This document shows positions 10,948 through 21,122 of a DNA stretch of 64,000 nucleotides, piece after piece (the stretch's first letter is position 1; each line of letters starts with the position of its first letter). Under the pieces are notes generated by a model, which was not told where the DNA came from, did not search any database, and was given only the letters and a program-made list of their open reading frames with translations. This stretch comes from Eukaryota sp. TZLM1-RC (taxonomy: Eukaryota > Protista > Metamonada: BaSk clade), in NCBI GenBank assembly GCA_040285825.1, contig JAUPSS010000005.1:558001-622000 (forward strand), written 5' to 3'. A program made the position numbers and the translations under genes.

Positions 10948-11960
10948 CTAAAAATCAATTTCCTCAAACTTCAAATCTATCATTGAAAATTTACCTACAG
11001 CATTTTCTTCATAAAGTCTCCCCAGTGATAACAACGAGCTAGAAACAAGGCTATCCATTCCTTTAACAATAGAAAATGAAATTCTATTTTGCCAAAAGGA
11101 TCGGTCAAATATTCTTCCAGTTCTGTTTTTGACAATAGATGAAAAATTGTCCAAAAAAGATAACGCAGTTTTACATAAGGCTCCAAATAAAGAAAAAGTC
11201 AAAGGACAATGAATGTATTGAAAATGCGAGTTGGAATTCAAGTTATTGATTTTTTTCAGCATACTTGATAATTTTCGCTTCTTCAGCTCTAAGTAAAGGT
11301 GAATAGTAAGATGGTGCCAGTTTTTCATTTGAGCTTTTTGATACATGAGTAGATCTTACATCAATAATGATCATTGATCCATCAAGACCGGGAACTAACA
11401 CATCACCGCGGCTATCAGCAAAAGAATTTCTGTCAGCTTCATCAACCAAATTTGAAAGCAAAGGTTCTATAAAGGATTCGATCTTGTAGTATTTAAACAT
11501 ACAATAGAGCTGCTCACGAACTGCATCATGCACCTTTGATCTAAAAGTAATAAAACGATTACAATTTAATAAATGAATTGGAGTGACAGACTTTCCACAT
11601 TTACAAATAAAACCCTGGGGAAGATTGTCAGGCCAAATAAAAGATCCAAGACGGATAGATAATGAAAAGCAAGGGTCTCCTGAAAACAAACCATAAATTC
11701 TTGGTACTTGATTAATTAAACAATAAGCAGAACCATCACAAACATCCAATACAAATTTGCAAAACCGGGATTTTTTTGTTTGCCCATGCCAAGACGTACT
11801 TCATAATCCAAGTCTTCAAAGATTACTGTCAGTTTTTGTTGAAGTTTCTTCACACAATACCTTAAATTAACTAAATTTTGTGCAGGAATCTCTTGAACTG
11901 AGTCGGGAACGCATTGACACCAAATTTCTAGTGCAATTTGGTTAATAACAACATCAAGGT
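10948..11960 (-). mobile_element. Frameshifted 3' fragment of RLE-type non-LTR retrotransposon (family B-like)
   Basis: CKCGK..HLLNC..HDAVRE zinc knuckle; RGDV..IIDV..AEEAKIIKY endonuclease; FWQNRI tail. Confidence 0.85.
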
Positions 11961-12429
11961 TATACAAATATTTGGAAAATGATGGATTGCTTTAAACTAC
12001 AACACTGGTTCATATAATTAGTAAAAAACACCAATCTTTTGGCATCAACAAAGCTTAAGTGTTGGTGAATCAATTCTATCCAAATTAATCCCTGTTGACG
12101 CTGAATTTGTTCTATATATGTCAGTAGCAACTTAAAGTAAGGTTTCAATTTTTGCACCATTTCTTATCATGTTTTCAGGCCATAACACTCTTATGGGGTT
12201 TGGTGTTATTAAGCAAAAAATAACATGAATGGTGTTAACTCAAATGTTCAGCATAGTGGATACAGCAAAAGATGTCCATAAGTGGGTAAAGGGAATACAC
12301 AGTTGTAACCATTGTCCCCTTCATCCTGAAACTCCGGCAATATGAAATCTATCTTTTGTGGTTGGAAGAAGTTTTTCGTTAGACATTAAGACAAATAAAT
12401 TTGATTTAAATTTTGAGGAACTGGAAATT

Positions 12430-12544
12430 TTTTACAGATCCAACTCGAACTTGACCACGACTCGACTCGACTCCGAATCGAGCTGGATTGAAGTCGGAGT
12501 CAAGTAGCAACTGGATTTTTCGAGTCAAGTTTTCCCCAACTCTA
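12430..12544 (-). mobile_element. Possible hAT-like transposon terminus with ACTCG subterminal repeats
   Basis: Minus strand begins TAGAGTTGGGG, followed by clustered ACTCG/CGAGT/GAGTC motifs in both orientations. No partner end found. Confidence 0.35.
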
Positions 12545-13014
12545 ATCACTGTTGCTTAATGGCGAAAACTTTACAACTTAGCAATATTTTGAGTTCAGTT
12601 CATGATCCTTGGTCATATTCTTTCAGCCAATTAATTGTAAAATAAAAAACAAATAACTGTTGATTGCATTGGGCTTTTAACTTCATAGCTTCAAAAATTT
12701 CTTTCTGTTCATTCGTATGTTCCTCTACGTTTATCAAATTGTCTCTCTTATGGGGTTACGAAAAACCAGCATACTCCTATGTGTAATCTCTGGTTTCGAA
12801 TTTATAAAGCAAAACACGCCTATTCCCCTGTAGATGAACTCTAAAAAGTTATGATGTAGTTTATTATTTGAGTTTTGTTGACAGAAGGGAAAATTGGCTG
12901 ATCAGATGAAGATCATTTTCAGAACTGAAAAGTATCACTAAGGAATAAACCACGAACCAGAATCAGAACACATCTGATGGTCGGTGGGCTAGTCTGGTTG
13001 ATTCCTCTCTTGGT

Positions 13015-14391
13015 TTAAAAACCAATTTTAACAACCGTATTTCCAGTAGATTTGAGTGCATTTTCACCTTCATTTCGGATACAGTTGTTGTCTAATTGGA
13101 GACTAGTAACTGTATGATTGACTTTAAGAGCTTCTGCCAGTGCTATGGCCCCTTCGTTTCGGATAGAGTTTCCACCAATATCAATGCTCATAATTGACTC
13201 ATTGATTTTGAGAGCTTCAGCTAGTGCTATGGCTCCTTCTTTTCGGATAAAATTGCAACGTAGATAGAGAGTAGAAATGGACTTATTGACTTTGAGAGCT
13301 TCTGCCAGTGCTATGGCTCCTTCTTTTTGGATAAAATTGTTAAAAAAATATAGACTAGCAACAGTCTGATTGACTTTGAGAGCTTCTGCCAATGCTATGG
13401 CTCCTTCTTTATGGATAGGGTTGTCGCAAAGATCAAGAACAACAATTGACTGGTTGACTTTGAGAGCTTCAGCAAGTGCTATTGTACCTTCCTTTTCAAT
13501 TGAGTTAGCACTAAGAACAAGATGAGTTATCGAATGATTAACTGTGAGAGCCTCAGCTAGTGCGATGATACCATCTTGCGAAATACAGTTGTTATACACA
13601 TTAAGATTACTAAGGGTCTGATTGACTTTGATAGCATCAGCTAGTGCAACAGCACCTTCATTATTGATATAATTGCTACTTAGGTTAAGAGTCGCAATCA
13701 CGTGGTTAAATTTGAGAGCCTCAGCAATTGCAACAGCACCTTCTTTTTGAATGAAATTGTAACGAAGATCAAGATATCTAACCGTGATATTCACTTTGAT
13801 AGCTTCTGCTAGTGCTATGGCACCTTCCTTTTGTATAGAGTTAGCACGCAGATCAAGACAACTGATCGACTGATTAACTTTCAGAGCTTCAGCTAGAGCC
13901 ATAGCACCCTCTTTTTCGATAACATTGCTCCCGAGATTAAGAGTTGTAACTGACTTATTAACTTTGAGAACCTCAGCTATAGCGATGGCACCTTCTTTTT
14001 GGATAGATTTGTCATAGAGATGAAGTCTCTCACATCCTTCAAAAAGTAGATCAATAATTTGTTTCACAGACTGTTTTAGCGCATCCCAACGAACATTTGT
14101 TTCAATCCTTTCCATAACAATTGCCTTAGTGTTGCCTGGTTCCCTAGGTTCATCAACCAAACACTGACTACTCAAAACATGGTCTCCCGTGGCAACTGTA
14201 TCTACATTTACTTGGCGAGAAGCATTTTCAGGGGAACACAGCGAAGACACATCATTAGAATGTGAATGGGGACATGGATAAAGTTGATTCCCACACTTCG
14301 GACAACTTTGAATACCATCAATGCAAACAGAGTGTAAAGAGTGGTTCTCTTCACAAATTAAGACTGGGATATCATCAGAAGCCGTGTGCAT
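13015..14391 (-). CDS. RI-like leucine-rich repeat protein (NLRC3-type 28-aa repeats) with N-terminal Cys/His motif
   Basis: About 12 repeats of NxIxxEGAIALAEALKVNxSIxxLxL (84-nt period). N-terminal CEENHSLHSVC..CPKC. Start codon uncertain. Confidence 0.85.
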   Translation of the reverse strand: MHTASDDIPVLICEENHSLHSVCIDGIQSCPKCGNQLYPCPHSHSNDVSSLCSPENASRQVNVDTVATGDHVLSSQCLVDEPREPGNTKAIVMERIETNVRWDALKQSVKQIIDLLFEGCERLHLYDKSIQKEGAIAIAEVLKVNKSVTTLNLGSNVIEKEGAMALAEALKVNQSISCLDLRANSIQKEGAIALAEAIKVNITVRYLDLRYNFIQKEGAVAIAEALKFNHVIATLNLSSNYINNEGAVALADAIKVNQTLSNLNVYNNCISQDGIIALAEALTVNHSITHLVLSANSIEKEGTIALAEALKVNQSIVVLDLCDNPIHKEGAIALAEALKVNQTVASLYFFNNFIQKEGAIALAEALKVNKSISTLYLRCNFIRKEGAIALAEALKINESIMSIDIGGNSIRNEGAIALAEALKVNHTVTSLQLDNNCIRNEGENALKSTGNTVVKIGF

Positions 14392-15044
14392 TATTTGGAA
14401 ATTCTTTCGACTTTGCAACTTGGCTCAATAAACATCACCAAAATTCAACAGCCTCAATGCATTAATGGAGCAATGAGTACTTCATTTTTGAATGGATAGT
14501 ATGGCAATCATGATTTAATAATAATGAAATTGGATTCAGGTAAAATCCACTGGCACATCCACACAACCATTCACACATGTACAAATTGAAACAAGTTTCA
14601 TAAGCAACTTTATCAAAATTGGTTCCATCAGTCTCATAAGAGTATTTTACAACATTTCTGAAAACATAAGTTTTTGACTCACGTTAGAGAGTTCCCAAAT
14701 GCGCCTATGATCAGATTGTATTTAATACAAATCATTTACCATAACTGATGAATAAATGCCAAATCAATATCTGTCAATTCAATTACTTACTCTATGGAAA
14801 CTAAAGTGGTCCAAAAACACTAGATTTTGAAACTTGGAGACTTTTACTTTGTTAGTGATGAATCAGCATAGTTGAAACAATTACACAGTTAAAGTTGCAT
14901 AGTTCTACAATTGTTGAACAATTGACACGGTGTACATCATTTCATACTTCGTCAAGTCAGTAGTTTCCTACAATATTTGCCCACACAAATCCAATACCAC
15001 TCGGATGACTCAAACACCACGCTTGTTGGATAAGACGTCCCTTA

Positions 15045-16382
15045 ATGGCCAGTAAAGTTTTGGGCAATGAATGTAGTTTAATGCAAGTGGTCAATATACG
15101 ATACTATGAATTCATAAAAGCCGCAGTAAATCGTATAGTAAATTTGACAAAAACCGAAGTGTTTTCTGTTGAAGATGATTTCATGTGTTTGGGATCTCCT
15201 ATATGTTCTACTGAGTTTGAATCCTCTTTTATAATTCAAAAAGTTCAAAATGAATTGATTCCCAGTTTATTTTTATTAAAATCATTACCACTACAAAATC
15301 AATTTTTAATATTTAGACATTGTATTAATTCAATTTTGATGTACTGGACCCGAACAGTTCCCAATGAATCCACCAGAATGGGTCTTCATCTTTGGGTTTC
15401 AGAATTTGTTGCTTATTTCAACTTAATAGGATTGGAAGAATCAAATAATTTTGATTTAATTTATTTGCCTCATTCTCTGGGTGGATTAGGGTTTCTCCAT
15501 CTGGGCCAAGTTGCACATATTTGCTATTCAGTTTCTGTATATTTGGGTGTACGTGATCTTGATTTAACGAATTCAATTCCAAGTGATCAGTATAGGGTTT
15601 TACTATCAGCTTTATCACCTTCTTTTGCTGGTTTTGACTCAATCTGGGACAAACGAATTAAAATTTGCCAACGTCAAATCACTCATTTATTTCATAAGGA
15701 GAAATTGAGTCTTTTGAAAGAAAAACTATCAGAATGTGGACGACTACAATTTATTTCAAATTGTGACAGTCAATCTTCTTGTTTTTTGAAAGTCTTGCCT
15801 ATTTCTCAAAATTTCTCAGATGATTGCTTTAAATACCTAATAGATCTGAGATTGTTTCAAGGAGAACAATTTGTGATATGTCCTTTGGGTGGTTATGGAA
15901 ACCTAGGCTTAGCTCACTCGTTTCAATGTAGAAGAGTCTCAAGAATGGTTACACAAAGGCATGACGAAGAAAATAATTTTATTAACGAATTAAATAATTT
16001 TGAATCTGAAAAGGAATTTAAATTTTGTTTAAATAAGCAGTTACGTGTTGATGGCTTTCAATCGTCAACTAAAATTGCTTTTGATGTTACCATAGTTGGA
16101 GGTTATGGTAATAATTGGAGTGATGCTTTTTCGAAAGCTTATTCTAATAAAATTGCAAAGCATTCAATTTTAAAAGAATTAAATTTAATTAACCAAATTG
16201 TTCCTCTCGTTTTTAGTGTTCATGGGGGTTTTTACACTAAAACAAAAATACTGTTTGACCAATTTGGATGGAATGAGGTAGCAGATGAAATTAGTTGTAT
16301 CATTTTGAAGAATAGTTTTAAATGCCACAGTGCTTTTAATTATATACTTCAAAAGAAAAGAGAAGATCGTCAATGTTGGTAG
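15045..16382 (+). mobile_element. 5'-truncated RLE-type non-LTR retrotransposon ORF (RT thumb + endonuclease; family F)
   Basis: CLGSPI, YWTRT, LPHSLGGLG, HSFQC..RHD, RVDG..AFDVT..KIAKH and PLVFSVHG motifs. Lacks the RT catalytic core. Confidence 0.85.
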
Positions 16383-17076
16383 GTAGTTGTCGTTTAGTAT
16401 TCAAGTAGTTTCTTCTTAATTTTCAATAATAGTAAATCGTATCAAAAACGACTATCCAAGTCAGTGCCACCGCTAACTCAATTCAAGATATTAATACTTA
16501 TGTCAAAGAAAGTGCATACACAATATTCAGTGTCACAATACATTATTATGCTCAAGCATGCAATTGACAAAACAGCTCACAAACATTAAAGTACATACAG
16601 ACATTAATGTCGTTTTTAAGGAGATGTAATGGAAAATTGACAGTAGTGACGACCTTACAAAACAATTATCACTTTTACATCTCAAATCATTGCAGTGTTG
16701 TGGTGTTCATAGGAGTCAAAACTCTGATCTGCAGAATTCAAAATGATTTAAAAAAGTATAAGTGTACCAATGTGTTCTTGAATTTCTTCTGAGAATAATC
16801 ACAATCTAGGTTCCTGACCTGGTGTATGCAAAATGAAGATTATAAGAAATCACTAAGGAAAGCTTCTTCATTGGCAACAAAGTGATTCTCTAGTATATGA
16901 AGAATTTCCATAACATCACAATCATTACTCACCTGAGATTCATGAAAATTGTTTCAGCAGCCGCTTCAAACACGTTTCTAGAGTTGTTTATTGTGCTGTA
17001 GAATTATGCCTAATTCATCAAAGAAATTCCAAAATTAAACTGATCCAAACCATTAAATACAAATCTCAGCCCTCAG

Positions 17077-18398
17077 CTACTCCAACCTAGGCATTTTTCT
17101 AACAGTGGCAACCCCAATTGGACTCTCTAAATCAAAACCATCATCATCAAGACTCTGGTCCAAATCAAACTTCCTTTGCTTAAGGTAAGCTCTGTCCTCG
17201 GAAGATATCCTAGGTGGGACTAACCTTGCTTGACCTATCCTTTCGGAATTGAGTGGAGTTTTTGTATCCGTACGAGGAGTGTCAAGGTTGAGAAAGCCTA
17301 AACGTTTAGTGACAGTACTTGGAGGTCCAGAAAGAGGAGTTTCGGATTTAGCTGGAATCAGATCATTATTAAAATAAACAAACCAAATGGTAATTGGTTG
17401 ATAGGAGTTATGGGTACTCCACTAGTGAAGTATGGGTGATTCAGTGCTGCCTCCACACTAATTCTTTTTCGTGGATCTAAGACAAGCATTTTTCTAATCA
17501 AATCAATGGCATCGTCCCCATAAACTGAAGGAATGACCCTCTCCCATGGTGTAGTGGGCATAGATTTATGTGTGATGTAGGAAGGAAGAGAGGTGACTCC
17601 AGGCCATGATTGTTCTGTTGGTGTACCCAGAATTGAAAAGATTTTGTTGAGTTGGTCAATATCAGAATTACCTGGGAATAATGGCCTCCTGAGCATCATT
17701 TCAGCAAAAATACATCCTATGATTAAGAAAAAAATTTAAATAAATACCTAAAGTTAATTCAAATATAAACCACGTACCTATCGCCCAAACATCTATACCA
17801 CTGCTGTACCACCTAGCCCCAAACAGTATTTCAGGGGCCCTGTACCATATCGTGGCAATAGTTCCTGACAAAACTTTATTGGGAGAACCAAAAGTTCTGG
17901 CGGCACCAAAATCAGTTAGTTTTAAAAGACCATTGCTAGACATTAGGAGGTTACTTGGTTTTAAATCTCTTTGGTTATTGTGTATGGGGAAAAATACCTG
18001 TGAAATATGTATTTGGAATGTAAGAAAGCAACTCCTGTGGTGAAAAGAGGTAGATATATACCTTCAAGTAACATTTTAAGGTATGTTTTAATATGCGATG
18101 GAGTAAGAAGGACTTTGCGCGAGGTAATGATCTTGTCCAAGTCAGTCTCTAGAAACTCAAAAACCAAATACACACTATCTGCATGGGAGAAGACGTCTAG
18201 AAGGGAAACAATACGTGGGTGTTGAAGTTCTGAGAGAAACTTAATTTCACGAAGCGCAGTCAGAGGTATACCTTCACGAAGAGCGGTGGATCGCATCTTT
18301 TTGAGTGCACAAAGTTGTCCAGTGGCTTTGTGGACACACTGATAGACAACACCATCAGTTCCTTGTCCTACTTCCTTAACGAACTCATAGTTGTCCAT
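17077..18398 (-). CDS. CDK7: CDK7/CDKD-like cyclin-dependent kinase; exons 18398-18062, 18034-17998, 17968-17778, 17716-17384, 17351-17077
   Basis: [46 protein letters not shown] and [11 protein letters not shown] after splicing. The last exon is open for 91 codons to TAG at 17077. Confidence 0.85.
17352..17383 (-). other. 32-nt intron (CDK7 last intron)
   Basis: GTTTGTTTATTTTAATAATGATCTGATTCCAG; removal opens a 91-codon final exon. Confidence 0.8.
17717..17777 (-). other. 61-nt intervening sequence = two abutting introns (30 nt 17777-17748; 31 nt 17747-17717)
   Basis: GTACGTGGTTTATATTTGAATTAACTTTAG|GTATTTATTTAAATTTTTTTCTTAATCATAG; removal restores VWAIG|CIFAEM. Confidence 0.88.
17969..17997 (-). 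other. 29-nt intron (CDK7 intron 2)
   Basis: GTATTTTTCCCCATACACAATAACCAAAG; removal restores HRDLKP. Confidence 0.92.
18035..18061 (-). other. 27-nt in-frame intron (CDK7 intron 1)
   Basis: GTATATATCTACCTCTTTTCACCACAG; removal gives canonical LLEGVAFLH. Confidence 0.82.
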
Positions 18399-20925
18399 TG
18401 TGTAAGTGCTGTGTAACGATCGGAAGGCTTGCTGGTTTATGTATGTTTAAGTTGAGGTTTTGTGGGTCAGATTGTCAATTGAATGAACTGATGAGGAAAA
18501 TGATGTCTCAAATCTCCATTTTTGCCAATTAAAAGCGTCCTTGATCTCTGGAACTGCTAAACTTCAATGTTTATTAATCCAGAGGTGGAAATTCGTGTTT
18601 TAAAAATAAGAAACGTAAATCAGATCAGTAAGCTTATCAGATTAGCTTATCAGTTGCAGAGTTGTAATCAAAAACATTATTGACTAAAAGTCTAGTTATT
18701 AATTACAGCTGATCCCCGAAATCGCCCAACATTTTAACAAACATGGTAATTAATTAGAGTCAATTAATTTGTTTAAGTGTTGTTGGAAAGAACATTGACC
18801 ATTATGTATCCTTTTGTGTTATGGGTTAAATGAACATCACAACTATTGCCTTGATATCTGCCAAACAGATAATTGTGCTATCTGTAATGAAAAAGCTGAA
18901 AATTATATTTTGAAAATAATTTATATGTTTGCCATGTTTGCTCCTCGCTTGATACACTACGGCATCCATGTAAGATTCCGAATGTTCTCAGTCCCAGGCT
19001 TCCATTCCCTTTTCTGTTGCGTTTAGAACATTCAGAACATTCAGTCATCAGTGTCGTCCTTGAAAGCAGCACATCCTCGTTGAAAGAGAGGATACTTGTG
19101 AGATAACGCCTTCGAGGTCTCAATTTGTTAGCTGATTATTTATTTTTAACATATTGTATTCCAACGAGAAACTAAACAGCAAACATAAAATTTTACATAC
19201 CCCAAATCAGCCACACAGAATTTATTGGAGGTTGTTCTTTTATAATACCAAGGGAAAACAAATTAGAAGACAACAAGTTGACAAAATCTTTAAAAATTCA
19301 AAACACTATTTTGTTCTGCCACAACGTCTTGTGAAAAACTCTATTTGCACATTGTTTCACAATTAAAGATGAATTTAAATGAGAATCATTCCAGAAAGAT
19401 ACGCAATGGTCCAAGCGAACCATGAAGGGAGAAAGCAAATGGACAAAAACAATTATTCTGTGTGACTTGCCATACAATAGAGTGAATGCAATAACATTTA
19501 TTTCGGCAACTGATAAGGGGCCCGTACTTTTGGACTTTGCTGCTTATCGAATTCTATTGTTAGTGAACATTAAACGTGACCTTCCAGAAAAGGAAAGTAT
19601 CACGTCACCATCAGTCTGATGGTACCACCACCAAACAGCACGTTGCTTCCATCAAGTACACTACAGTAGCTAACACTATTGTATGATTTGCTATATATTG
19701 TGAAGTATTTTATTTATTCGCGAATAACGACCCTTTATATGAATTCTTATCTGGCCCATTGAGTGTTTTCAGTAGCAATTGTCCTTCAATAAACAAAAAA
19801 CAAGCTCGAAGAGTATAACAAAGTTTGAGGAGGTAGGGAAAGGTCATCTCACCACACAATAGAAATAAATAAATGATTGTAGACTCCGTTAAAATGTGAT
19901 TCGGATTCAAAACATCAGCTACATTTATTGTTGTAATGAAATGGACACAAAATTCTGAGGATACATGAACATGGGCAATACAAAGCAAATAGAAGCTTTA
20001 GCCTACTTAATACATCTACATCTAGAATCCGCATTTGCTGGTTGTGAAACTGTGTTTGAAGCCAACAGTTCTGCAGGTCAAAATTCAGTAATATAAGAGA
20101 AAATCAAAACAAATCTTTCATTATTCATGTTACACGTGATTTCAGCATCACTCACCATTGATGCATGAAGTCTAACGTAACTAAGATTACACTTATATAC
20201 GCGCGGACGTGCTCTGTTCTTGTTTGATGCCTCGTCCGGAATGAGTGTTAGACTTTCTATCTCAACAACTTTTGTATTGGTCTTGGTTGACTCGCGTCTT
20301 CTTTCTCGATGAAGAGTTACCACTAAATGCACTTCTCCAATTTCTGTATTGGTCACTATGACGCACATATGGTTCTTGCAATAGGGACGCTTGTGGAAGA
20401 TGGCATGATCATTTAAATTTGAACTTCGAATTTGATAAAACAAATGAGAGACATGTTTGGGAAATCAAGAAATGTAACTTGCTTATGCATTTCCTGTGAT
20501 AGATCTTTGAGGGTTTTTTCTACCAGAAAACATTGCCAGTGCTGATTTGGGTCTTCTCAAAAATGAAAATGTCTACAACAAAGAATGTTCTACATCTGAT
20601 ATATTTGCTTTTTGTTGGTTTTGTAAAATTTTGTTCTCCAAGAATGAACTGATCTTTTCACTTGAAACTTTCTGTTTGTAAAAATGTAAGGTAGAATGGT
20701 GGTATGGCGCATGAATCATTCAAAATGAATGACATTTAAAATAGACTTGTGTTTGACAAATATCGACTGTCAAATTTGTTGATTGCTTGATCTTTTGGAC
20801 TTGTTCATCTCCTTTCAATGACAAGAAATAGTTGGTTCTGAAAGTAAACACCCCTAAACACTTTTAGCCATTGTAAAACAATCAAAATTATCGGTGTTCA
20901 CTCAAAAAAAGGATGTATCTCCAAA

Positions 20926-21006
20926 TGTTGCCTTAGGCTGCAAAAGTGGTTGAGATAAAGATAATTTATTTTCTATTCATATTATAAAAGCCTTAGGGCG
21001 CCAACA
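20926..21006 (-). repeat. 3' LTR (81 bp)
   Basis: TGTTGCCTTAGG...GGGCGCCAACA, identical to 27577-27657. Confidence 0.95.
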
Positions 21007-21122
21007 CTGCTTCTTCCCTTTTTCAGAGCTAATAGGCTTATATAAATATGAATCTAAACTATAAACAAATAACTAAATAACTAAATAACTACAAATAACC
21101 TAATCTAAACTGAGAATTAGCA

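Noticed and set aside
13100-14010. Regularly spaced repeats resembling a CRISPR array
   Set aside because: The 84-nt period is the coding LRR repeat, with no unique spacers.
18800-20900. Short ORFs between CDK7 and the Gypsy element
   Set aside because: Fragmented, no assignable family, and no intron of the local type found to join them.
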